From: an uncultured Candidatus Saccharibacteria bacterium
GTDB lineage: Bacteria > Patescibacteriota > Minisyncoccia > Phycocordibacterales > VMEP01
Assembly (NCBI GenBank): GCA_964579635.1
Contig: CAZOFV010000004.1
Coordinates: forward strand, 817 to 64,816
Reading direction: 5' to 3'
DNA: 64,000 nucleotides
In this document: positions 39,151 through 47,015 of the stretch, piece by piece
Numbering within the stretch: position 1 is the first letter of the stretch
Layout: each line of letters starts with the position of its first letter
Notes under the pieces: model-generated
What the model was told of the DNA's origin: nothing
What the model saw: the letters and a program-made list of their open reading frames with translations, nothing else
Databases searched by the model: none
Made by a program: the position numbers and the translations under genes

Positions 39151-39735
39151 TTAAGCGAATTTCTTTCCGTGCTTCTCTACCTTTTCAAGCCAGTGGACGC
39201 GCTCGTCATCTGACATCATTTTTATGGCCCCAATCTTCGTTACCGAAACAGGACTAAAGCCAATAAACCCTAAAATATCTCTCTTTATTTCATTAGCATT
39301 ATCTCCAAACATCATACGGGCAATAAGTGGAGGTGAATCCATTGTTATATAAACATGAGCACTGCGATCAGATAAAAGTTTATCCCACATATACCCATTC
39401 TTATGAAAACGGAAGGCAAAACCAGGCAAAATCATTCTATCGAACATTCCCTTAAGTAGCGCTGGCATTGTCCCCCACCAATTCGGATAAACAATAACTA
39501 AATGTTCCGCCCACTTAATATCTTCTTGCACCTTTATTAAATCCGGCTCAAGTGGCTGAATTACTTTATATCCATAGTGTAAAATTGGATCAAATTTTAA
39601 ATCACCAATAGCGACAACTCGCACTTCATGTCCTGCTTCTTTAGCTCCTTTTTCATAACGTCGCGCAAGCTCACCACAATAAGTATTTTTATCTGGGTGT
39701 CCGATTATTACTGTTATTTTTTTCTTATTGTCCAT
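39151..39735 (-). CDS. Flavodoxin-fold NAD(P)H:quinone oxidoreductase (MdaB/KefF family)
   Basis: IGHP, YPNWWGTMPALLKGMFDR, PGFAF. Confidence 0.9.
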   Translation of the reverse strand: MDNKKKITVIIGHPDKNTYCGELARRYEKGAKEAGHEVRVVAIGDLKFDPILHYGYKVIQPLEPDLIKVQEDIKWAEHLVIVYPNWWGTMPALLKGMFDRMILPGFAFRFHKNGYMWDKLLSDRSAHVYITMDSPPLIARMMFGDNANEIKRDILGFIGFSPVSVTKIGAIKMMSDDERVHWLEKVEKHGKKFA

Positions 39736-39738
39736 TTA

Positions 39739-39960
39739 TTAAGAAATTAGCGAAGATAATTGATCTTTATATTTTACCGCAACATCTTTCGCAGCCGACA
39801 TATAATCTTTTCCATTTTTCACTTCAACCTCTACTTCCTCCATTATTTTAGAAATAAGTTCTGGGTTTTCGCTTGCAACCTTAACGATCTTATCTTGCAT
39901 TTCTTTAGGAATATCTTTTAGTTGCCTTTCAAGCATTTTTTTCATCAAAAATTCTTTCAT
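39739..39960 (-). CDS. Small hypothetical helical protein
   Basis: 73-aa ORF tightly packed between neighbours (4-nt overlap upstream, 3-nt gap downstream). Confidence 0.7.
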   Translation of the reverse strand: MKEFLMKKMLERQLKDIPKEMQDKIVKVASENPELISKIMEEVEVEVKNGKDYMSAAKDVAVKYKDQLSSLIS

Positions 39961-40496
39961 ATTTTTTGTTTTTTCTCTCGAAATTTAATTATTGCATAAA
40001 AGAGAAGTAAAACCGAATAATTTAAAACCATAAACCATAAAACACCCCACGAAATACCATCTACTTTAAAATCAGAAAGTGGCCAAAGAAACGGCGTTGG
40101 AAAAAATTGATAACTATGTGTTGGAATATCAAAAAGAATATGTAAAAACCACCCAATCATTTCAATTGGTAATTTTTTTGTAAATAAATAAAGAAGCCCA
40201 AATATTCCACCAAAAACAAAAAAGCTATGGCTTATGCTGTATAAGTTATTTACGAGCGCTGAAAAAGGTAGTAGGCCCTGAGATGGCTCAACGTGTGGTG
40301 ACGGTGGAGGCCAAGAGGAAAATGTCATGTCTCCAAAAAATATATTCCACAGAAGGAAAAATATCGGAATAGTAAAAGCAAACAAATCTGGAAATACACC
40401 CCAAAGAAACGCCTTAATAGCGCTCACTCGGCGAGTTTTATTAGAAAGAGCTCTCCCGGAAAGGCCTCCCCAGAGTCCATGTGCTAACGTATCCAT
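39957..40496 (-). CDS. Membrane-bound metal-dependent hydrolase (YdjM-like)
   Basis: AHGLW, FPD, SHS, HILFDIPTH, FLWPL. Confidence 0.75.
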   Translation of the reverse strand: MDTLAHGLWGGLSGRALSNKTRRVSAIKAFLWGVFPDLFAFTIPIFFLLWNIFFGDMTFSSWPPPSPHVEPSQGLLPFSALVNNLYSISHSFFVFGGIFGLLYLFTKKLPIEMIGWFLHILFDIPTHSYQFFPTPFLWPLSDFKVDGISWGVLWFMVLNYSVLLLFYAIIKFREKKQKI

Positions 40497-40503
40497 GCTT
40501 TAT

Positions 40504-40863
40504 TTACTGAATCGTTCCAATTGCTTTACCAATTTTTTGCAAAACATCTTCAATGTCTTCTCTTAACGCTATGTTGTGTCCCTCTTTTACAACAGTGGCT
40601 AAATAACCACCTAGTTCATTTTTTACCCCAATGATTTGTTTTTCCAACATGTCAACGTTTTCAGACGATGGGCCATCAACCTCACGCAACACTATAAGAT
40701 TACCGATAAGTTCGTTTATAGCGTCAACTCGCTCATAGAAATCTTCTTCTATATCCATAACATCCAAACTACGTCCCTCTTTTTTAGCTAGCGGTGTTGT
40801 AATATCTTCATCAGCAATAAAAACTTCTCTTCGTTGTGCAGGATCGTGTTCTCCGAATTTCAT
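40504..40863 (-). CDS. Hypothetical acidic protein
   Basis: 119-aa ORF, co-oriented with the downstream genes. Confidence 0.6.
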   Translation of the reverse strand: MKFGEHDPAQRREVFIADEDITTPLAKKEGRSLDVMDIEEDFYERVDAINELIGNLIVLREVDGPSSENVDMLEKQIIGVKNELGGYLATVVKEGHNIALREDIEDVLQKIGKAIGTIQ

Positions 40864-40906
40864 AATTTTTTTATATCGTTACTTATAAAGACTTATAAAA
40901 GGTATT

Positions 40907-41039
40907 ATACCGCAGGGCAAGCCCTGCACCCAAAGCGTGTTCGCTTCGCTCACGCTTTAGCGCGGTAAGCCGCGCGGTATTTTAATCCCTTATATTGCTC
41001 TCCTCGGCTCGGAAATGAGAAAGATTACTTTCTCATTTC
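40907..41039. repeat. Cluster of GC-rich palindromes (MITE/REP-like remnant or structured RNA)
   Basis: gcagggc-aa-gccctgc; aaagcgtg..cacgcttt; gcgcgg-taag-ccgcgc; gaaatgagaaag-atta-ctttctcatttc. Confidence 0.7.
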
Positions 41040-41077
41040 ACTCTCTCTACGTCGGCAATAAACATTCATAAATAATT

Positions 41078-41126
41078 ATTTGGCGACACCGTCTGTGTTT
41101 TTAAACAGACGGTGTTTTTGCCAAAT
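41078..41126. terminator. Long hairpin downstream of orphan ORF 41129-41326
   Basis: atttggc..acaccgtctgt-loop-acagacggtgt..gccaaat. Confidence 0.6.
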
Positions 41127-41128
41127 CG

Positions 41129-41326
41129 TTAATCTGCGTATCGTTTGCCCTCCCTGACTAACTCTAGGTGGCATGTCCGAACTTCTCCCTTTACGCTTTC
41201 CGTTTTTGTTTGCGAAAAATCGAAGGCGTTTGCATAAAGCACCGCCGGCACGTGCACAAAGTGCGCAAACCACCAGGCAAGAATACTGCCGGAAACGTCG
41301 CCCCAATACTCTAAATTAACGTTCAT
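41129..41326 (-). CDS. Orphan small protein (65 aa)
   Basis: ATG preceded by AAGGAG; TTGACC-16-TATGCT promoter upstream; hairpin downstream. Confidence 0.55.
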   Translation of the reverse strand: MNVNLEYWGDVSGSILAWWFAHFVHVPAVLYANAFDFSQTKTESVKGEVRTCHLELVREGKRYAD

Positions 41327-41357
41327 GCTTTTCTCCTTATTTAAGGTACCCTATCTC

Positions 41358-41385
41358 AGCATACCTCATGACCAAAATTGGTCAA
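41358..41385 (-). promoter_or_regulatory. Promoter overlapped by palindrome TGACCAA-N2-TTGGTCA
   Basis: Minus strand TTGACC-16-TATGCT; palindrome at 41369-41384. Confidence 0.5.
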
Positions 41386-41450
41386 TGTATAAAAACCATA
41401 CCTAAACAGATAAGCTTCTAAACAATTAAGAATTAATCTATACTATACAA

Positions 41451-42449
41451 ATGAAACAAAAGCTCGGAGCAAAAAGAACTCAACAAAACAAATCTAAGAA
41501 AAAAATAAAGTTATTCAGTAGTGGAGTTTTATTTTTAGGCCTCGTCACTGCCACTTTTTTTATAGCTATTGTTGGTCTATATCTAATTGGTAAAAAAGGA
41601 TCTCTCGCGCCAGACCAACACTTCATTGTCACAGTTGATCCTGTTAAAAAACGAGTACTCGGAGAAAAAGAGAGTCCAGAAAAAGAAGAAGTAAAAATTA
41701 CACAAGAAGTTGCAAATAAAGTTTACGAAATTTTAACCGATAACATTTCAGCAATTTCATCTCTTGCAAATCCATCTATTAAACATGTACGTGTGCAACC
41801 GGGAATGCGAAAAGAAGAAATTGCTGACATTCTCGCAAAAAAATTAAACTGGGACGCAAAGGCTGAAAATATTTTTCTAACAACAAGAAGCGAGGTTGTT
41901 CTTGATGATATAAAATTTACCGAAGGGTATTATTTCCCAACTGGTTATTCTTTTGAAAAGAATACCCCACCAGAAAAGGTCGCTGAGGTAATGATAAGTG
42001 AGTTTAAAGAAGAAATTGCGGATAAATTTGCCAGTTCAACCAAATCCATAATCTCAATAGAAACTGCATTAAAAATAGCTTCTATAATTGAACGAGAATC
42101 AAATGGGACCCGTGACATGCGTCTTATTTCAGGGATTATCTGGAATCGTATTTTCAACGGCATGAGTTTAGATATTGACGCAACACTACAGTACGCAAAA
42201 GGATCTGAGAAAAATGGTTGGTGGCCAAAAGTATTATCTGAAGACAAATACATAGAATCGCCATATAATACGTACCAGAACAAAGGGCTTCCACCATCAC
42301 CAATCTCAAGTCCGAGCATGGCAGCAATCCAAGCTGCATTAAATCCCAAAAAAACAGAGTGCCTCTTTTATCTACACGATAAAAGAAGAAATATCCACTG
42401 CTCTGTAACATACCAAGAACACGTTAAAAATATTAATCGTTATTATTAA
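41451..42449 (+). CDS. mltG: Second MltG/YceG-family lytic transglycosylase
   Basis: EGYYFPTGY, IASIIERE, DATLQY, SPYNTY..GLPPSPISSP. Confidence 0.88.
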   Translation: MKQKLGAKRTQQNKSKKKIKLFSSGVLFLGLVTATFFIAIVGLYLIGKKGSLAPDQHFIVTVDPVKKRVLGEKESPEKEEVKITQEVANKVYEILTDNISAISSLANPSIKHVRVQPGMRKEEIADILAKKLNWDAKAENIFLTTRSEVVLDDIKFTEGYYFPTGYSFEKNTPPEKVAEVMISEFKEEIADKFASSTKSIISIETALKIASIIERESNGTRDMRLISGIIWNRIFNGMSLDIDATLQYAKGSEKNGWWPKVLSEDKYIESPYNTYQNKGLPPSPISSPSMAAIQAALNPKKTECLFYLHDKRRNIHCSVTYQEHVKNINRYY

Positions 42450-42460
42450 AAACAAATACA

Positions 42461-42721
42461 ATGAACCAAATTTTTTCACAAAGTTTTTTAGATCAATACA
42501 TAGCAAGCAACCCTCAATTAATTCCATACCTGAGTTTTTTGTTCGCAGTGCTTTTAGTTTGGAGTTTAGTGTGGAAGGGGCTAGCCCTCTGGAAATCAGC
42601 ACAGCAAGGAGAAAAGTGGTGGTTTATCGCCATGCTCCTAATAAACACTATTGGAATTCTTGAAATACTCTATATCTTTGTATTTAGTAAGACGAAAAAC
42701 AAAACTGAAGAGAGTAAGTAA
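42461..42721 (+). CDS. DUF5652-like small membrane protein
   Basis: WSLVWKGLALWKSAQ..KWWFIAMLLINTIGILEILY. Confidence 0.85.
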   Translation: MNQIFSQSFLDQYIASNPQLIPYLSFLFAVLLVWSLVWKGLALWKSAQQGEKWWFIAMLLINTIGILEILYIFVFSKTKNKTEESK

Positions 42722-42725
42722 AAAA

Positions 42726-43067
42726 TTAATGGAGTGTTTTGGCGCAATACGCTTCGTACTTCTTCATAACGTCTTCCATATCTTCGAATTTTCCAACCTC
42801 TTCTAAGGAATGGTTTTTGGTGTAGTCTTCAACTACGAACTTACCTTCTTCTGTATCAATCCAATCATGAAACTCACTGCCGAAATTTCTTGTTTCTTCT
42901 GCTAAAATTTCATTTTCTTCTTTATTTGGGGAATATAACTCAGCGTTTACACCTGTCTTTCTTTGAGCATGATAAAGCTGTAAAAAATTACGCACTAAAA
43001 AAACTTTTTCACTATCAACCGCCGACAACTCTGGTTTTTTTGAAGAGGGCTGTTCTAATTGATTCAT
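42726..43067 (-). CDS. Hypothetical protein
   Basis: 113-aa ORF, no recognised motif. Confidence 0.55.
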   Translation of the reverse strand: MNQLEQPSSKKPELSAVDSEKVFLVRNFLQLYHAQRKTGVNAELYSPNKEENEILAEETRNFGSEFHDWIDTEEGKFVVEDYTKNHSLEEVGKFEDMEDVMKKYEAYCAKTLH

Positions 43068-43077
43068 ATATAAAAAA

Positions 43078-43272
43078 TTAAAATGATTTCAAATAATAAA
43101 CATAAACAACAGAACCATCAACCAATAACCCTATAACTCCTATTAAAAACAAAATAATAATCATCCACTTTTTTACATAAATTCTGCGCAACAATAACCA
43201 AGAAAATAAAGTAATGTAGGCAAATACAACGAGACCAAAAATATCGAAAAATTGTGGTTCTAAAGAAAACAT
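43078..43272 (-). CDS. Small 2-TM hypothetical protein
   Basis: Two hydrophobic helices; packed between pilin and the next ORF. Confidence 0.6.
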   Translation of the reverse strand: MFSLEPQFFDIFGLVVFAYITLFSWLLLRRIYVKKWMIIILFLIGVIGLLVDGSVVYVYYLKSF

Positions 43273-43305
43273 ATTTATGGTGCTATTTTAACATTTTTAT
43301 AAAAA

Positions 43306-43821
43306 TTATTGTTCATATTTTCCAATAACCCACTCAAATTCGCCCTGCCAGTTTCTTCCTGGACAGCTCCATCCACGGCTTGTTGGGTGAGGGTTGCCAC
43401 TTGATTCCATATTTCTAACCCCTAAAACATAGAATGAATTAACACATCCTGTATATCCAGCTGGATAACGATAATAGGCGTAATTTCCACAGCTATCATT
43501 AGTTGATGGATCTAATAAATGTTGTGGTAAAAACTTATTAAACACCAACGCTGTAATAAACGTACCATTCCCCGAAGAATCCCAACCACCGCAACCGGCA
43601 AAATCAGAATCAGGATATACACCAAAAGTATCGTAATACAATTCAAGGGCAACCTCCATTTGGTGCATATCTGATAATCTTTTTGCATCCCTTGCCTTAG
43701 AGCGTGAGGTATTTAAACTTGCTAAAACAATACTCGATAAAATACCTATAATCGCAATAACAACCAATAGTTCAATAAGGGTAAAACCACTGTTACTTAA
43801 TTTTCTCTCTGTAAAAAACAT
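43306..43821 (-). CDS. Type IV pilin / GspG-like pseudopilin (start at ATG 43821)
   Basis: Prepilin site G/FTLIELLVVIAIIGILSSIVL; ARDAKRLSD; four Cys in the head domain. Confidence 0.92.
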   Translation of the reverse strand: MFFTERKLSNSGFTLIELLVVIAIIGILSSIVLASLNTSRSKARDAKRLSDMHQMEVALELYYDTFGVYPDSDFAGCGGWDSSGNGTFITALVFNKFLPQHLLDPSTNDSCGNYAYYRYPAGYTGCVNSFYVLGVRNMESSGNPHPTSRGWSCPGRNWQGEFEWVIGKYEQ

Positions 43822-43930
43822 TAACTTTGTTTGTGTTGTTATTTTAGCATTTTTGCAAAAACAACTTAAGAAGAGCTCGGCCACATATAAAAATAAAAGT
43901 CGCCAAATACTTTCATATTTGGCTTCTTTG

Positions 43931-44100
43931 TTTGTGGACCGTACAGGACTCGGTCACGGATAAATTTTTACTAAAATTTTCCTCGACCCCGCCTCGCGCC
44001 GTCGCGCTCCGGCTTTCGAGTCCTGTACGGTCGCTACAAAATAAAAATTCCCGAAGCTAACGCTTTGGGAATTAAGATTTTGTGGACCGTACAGGACTCG
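43931..44100. repeat. Direct (22 bp) and inverted (18 bp) duplications of the tRNA-Ala 3' end
   Basis: tttgtggaccgtacaggactcg at 43931-43952 and 44079-44100; inverted ttcgagtcctgtacggtc at 44015-44032. Confidence 0.9.
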
Positions 44101-44155
44101 AACCTGCCACCCCCGCATTGCAAATGCGGTGCTCTACCAGATGAGCTAACGGCCC
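44083..44155 (-). tRNA. tRNA-Ala(UGC), CCA not encoded
   Basis: GGGCCGT acceptor stem with G3:U70; anticodon arm CCGCA-TTTGCAA-TGCGG; T-loop TTCGAGT. Confidence 0.96.
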
Positions 44156-44197
44156 ATTTATAACTTAACTTTTAAGCTACCTGAATATACTACCTTA

Positions 44198-45169
44198 TTA
44201 TTTTAAGAGAGCAAGTCTAATCACATGATCAACAAAATCAGGCATATTCAAACCAATAACTTCAAGGGATTTTGGCAAAAGAGATTCTTCTGTAAGACCC
44301 GGGAGTGTATTAACTTCAATAAAATAAACTTTATTTCTGCCGATAATAAAATCTGAACGAGAATAATGCCTTAACCCTAATTGTTCATGAATTAATACCG
44401 CCACCTCTTCAATATTTTTTTTCAATTCGGCTGGTAAGTAAGAAGGACAAATCTCTCTACTTTTTCCACTATATTTTGCATCATAATCAAAAAAACTATT
44501 TTCTTGTGGTGGTTGAATTTCAACAACAGGAAGAGCGTAACTTTTTTGTCCCCTAAAATTATCAATGACTCCGCAAGTAACCTCTTTTCCTAAAATGTGT
44601 TCTTCGAGCATTATCACGTCTTCGTGTTTAAACCCTTCCTCAATTCCCTCTTTTAATTTTTCCAAATTTGATGCAAACGTCATTCCAACAGAGGAGCCGC
44701 CAAAAACCGGCTTAATCATTCTTGGCTGAGAAATACTTTTAAATAAATCCAAAGAAAGTTTTGATATATCTGTCACCTCGTCGCGTTTCAATAAAATATG
44801 TTTTGGAACAGCCACTCCGGCCCTCTCGGCAAATTCTTTTGAAATAATTTTATTCATTCCAAGGGATGATGGCATTGCAGATGACCCCGTATATGGAATC
44901 CCCGTACTTTCTAGGAGTTGTTGAACTCTTCCATCCTCACCAAATTCTCCATGAAGTGCGTTAAAGATAACATCAACATATTTTAGTAAATCGCTAAATT
45001 TTGACGTAATTCCGTTTACAACAATAGTTCCGTCCTTTTCCATAAGAACATCTACTCCTTTGTACTTATCTTTTGGCAAAACATTAAGCACATTTCCCCC
45101 CGTTTTTAGGGAAACTTCATACTCATTTGAAACTCCTCCTCGGAGCACTCCGACTCGAATTGCTGTCAT
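44198..45169 (-). CDS. ddl: D-alanine-D-alanine ligase
   Basis: GGVSNEYEVS, LHGEFGEDG, GSSVG, EVNTLPG. Confidence 0.96.
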   Translation of the reverse strand: MTAIRVGVLRGGVSNEYEVSLKTGGNVLNVLPKDKYKGVDVLMEKDGTIVVNGITSKFSDLLKYVDVIFNALHGEFGEDGRVQQLLESTGIPYTGSSAMPSSLGMNKIISKEFAERAGVAVPKHILLKRDEVTDISKLSLDLFKSISQPRMIKPVFGGSSVGMTFASNLEKLKEGIEEGFKHEDVIMLEEHILGKEVTCGVIDNFRGQKSYALPVVEIQPPQENSFFDYDAKYSGKSREICPSYLPAELKKNIEEVAVLIHEQLGLRHYSRSDFIIGRNKVYFIEVNTLPGLTEESLLPKSLEVIGLNMPDFVDHVIRLALLK

Positions 45170-45187
45170 AGAAACATTATAGCAAAG

Positions 45188-46420
45188 TTATTTACGAATT
45201 TTATCCCTTAATTCACGGTGATACTTAATTGCAAATCTATGTGCCTCACTATTTGCAAGAAAAATCTGTCTTTCCTTACCTTTCCACATATCTATATCGC
45301 CAAAAATCTCTCGGGCACGATGTTTTTCGTCTTTAACAACTGAAACAATTCTGGTCTTAATATCCATCTCCTTTGCAATGCTATGCGCGATATTTAGCTG
45401 TGCACGCCCGCCATCTACAACAATAAGGTCAGGAAATTTCCATTCTCCGTGATTAAATCTACGCCTTAAAATTTCAGCCAAAGCACCAGTGTCATTCGCC
45501 TTCGAAAAACCACTTACTTTAAATTTACGATAGTCTGATTTTTTAACTTCCCCATTTTCAACCACCGTCATAACCCCAACCATTTGCTTCCCAGAAATAT
45601 GAGCAATGTCATATGCCTCAATCCTAAAAACATTTTCACTAAAAGCTTCCGGCTCGCGCTTAATTAAAGCGATGTCTTGAATATGTTCAAGAGAAAAAAG
45701 AATTTTCTTTAAGCGCTGAGCTTCTTCGAATTTCTGCTCTTTTGCCGACTGCTTCATATTCTTTTTAATCTCCGATAAAAGTGTTTTCTTCTTTCCCTCA
45801 AAAAATAATGAAAGAAGTTTAATGTGTTTTTTATAATCGACACTAGAAATTTCTCCAGTACACACGCCGGGACATAATCCAATTTGTCTCTCAAAGCAGG
45901 GTTTTAAATTTTTAGCCGATGGATTACATTTATCGCGAAATGGAAAAATCTTTCGTATTAATTTCATCGCGTCACGCAATGCTCCACCATTTGGAAATGG
46001 ACCAAAAACAGCACTCAGCTTAAAACTTTTAGCTTTTAATTCCTCAAAATCAATTTCCCTCTTTCTAATAACAAGAACTTTCGGGAAAAGCTCCTTGGTA
46101 ATAACAACGCAATTAAAGCTCTTATCATCTTTTTCTTTAGTGTTGTATTTTGGCTTCCATTTTTTAATTAAACTTGCTTCAAGTAAAAGTGCCTCAAGAA
46201 CTGAATCGGTAGTCTGCCAATCAATTTTACGCGCTTGCAAAACCATAGCGCCAATTTGTGCCCCACGCATTTTATTTAAATCTTTTGAAAAATAACTTCG
46301 CACACGTTCTTTAAGTGATGTTGCTTTGCCAATATATAAAACTTCGTTACGCACCCCTAAAAAGCGGTATATGCCTGGTTTTGTGGGTAGTTTAAATTTT
46401 GAAAAATCTTTAATGGTCAT
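45188..46420 (-). CDS. uvrC: Excinuclease ABC subunit C, shortened (start at ATG 46420)
   Basis: GIY-YIG PGIY..LYIGKA..L..RV.SYF; UVR; RNase H-like IEAYDIAH, VDGG, EAHRFAI. Confidence 0.92.
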   Translation of the reverse strand: MTIKDFSKFKLPTKPGIYRFLGVRNEVLYIGKATSLKERVRSYFSKDLNKMRGAQIGAMVLQARKIDWQTTDSVLEALLLEASLIKKWKPKYNTKEKDDKSFNCVVITKELFPKVLVIRKREIDFEELKAKSFKLSAVFGPFPNGGALRDAMKLIRKIFPFRDKCNPSAKNLKPCFERQIGLCPGVCTGEISSVDYKKHIKLLSLFFEGKKKTLLSEIKKNMKQSAKEQKFEEAQRLKKILFSLEHIQDIALIKREPEAFSENVFRIEAYDIAHISGKQMVGVMTVVENGEVKKSDYRKFKVSGFSKANDTGALAEILRRRFNHGEWKFPDLIVVDGGRAQLNIAHSIAKEMDIKTRIVSVVKDEKHRAREIFGDIDMWKGKERQIFLANSEAHRFAIKYHRELRDKIRK

Positions 46421-46468
46421 AAGTATTTTAGCGAACTCTATCCCGTACCAAGATAACTCGATACAGGG

Positions 46469-46497
46469 TTGCAATTTTGTAATTTGTATAGTATAGT
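46469..46497 (+). promoter_or_regulatory. Putative sigma70 promoter of orphan ORF
   Basis: TTGCAA-17-TATAGT. Confidence 0.55.
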
Positions 46498-46553
46498 ATT
46501 AAACGGAAACGCTCAACTGAGCGTCGTTTTTGTTTCTAGTGAAAGGGCTCCTA

Positions 46554-46949
46554 ATGAAAAAAATAGATTTCCGCGGTAGGGAGATAATCGCGTCATTCAT
46601 GGCTGAAATGGCTGAGAACAGTTGCCACGAGCTACACAAGCTCGCTTCCCTCTTTATTGAGGCGGAGATCAGTGCAATAAAAATCACCAGGGAAAGTGTT
46701 GAAATTTATTTCTCTGGGGAGGGTGACTCGATCTTCGTCTCGGCAGAAAATAACGATCAAATCAGAAAGTTATTCGGGGACGAATGCATCATCAGAAGCG
46801 AACACTTCTGGGCAACCATGGGGGAAATATGGGGGCAATATGAGTCAACTCACGTGAAAGCCACGAGAGAGCTCTGGGAAGAGTGGTGTCGGGTCATAAA
46901 CCCGTTCATACACAATGCAATTCCCGACGAGAAGAAACAAGCAGCTTAA
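46554..46949 (+). CDS. Orphan hypothetical protein between uvrA and uvrC
   Basis: ATG after GAAAGGG; own promoter and terminator; opposite strand to the uvr genes. Confidence 0.6.
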   Translation: MKKIDFRGREIIASFMAEMAENSCHELHKLASLFIEAEISAIKITRESVEIYFSGEGDSIFVSAENNDQIRKLFGDECIIRSEHFWATMGEIWGQYESTHVKATRELWEEWCRVINPFIHNAIPDEKKQAA

Positions 46950-46975
46950 GGTTAAACACCTTCGGCAAAATACTG

Positions 46976-47002
46976 GGGCGGCGCTTATTGCGTCGCCCTT
47001 TT
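46976..47002 (+). terminator. Intrinsic terminator
   Basis: gggcggcgc-ttatt-gcgtcgccc-tttt. Confidence 0.75.
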
Positions 47003-47015
47003 GCATTTATCTTTT

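Noticed and set aside
41076-41306. 76-aa alternative-frame ORF
   Set aside because: Overlaps ORF 41129-41326, which has the ATG and SD, and runs through the downstream hairpin
43931-44032. Second tRNA or intron-split tRNA
   Set aside because: Only the 3' 16-22 nt match; no D arm or anticodon arm
43931-44100. attL/attR of a prophage or genomic island
   Set aside because: Repeats are only 148 bp apart with no integrase or cargo; kept as a micro-element instead
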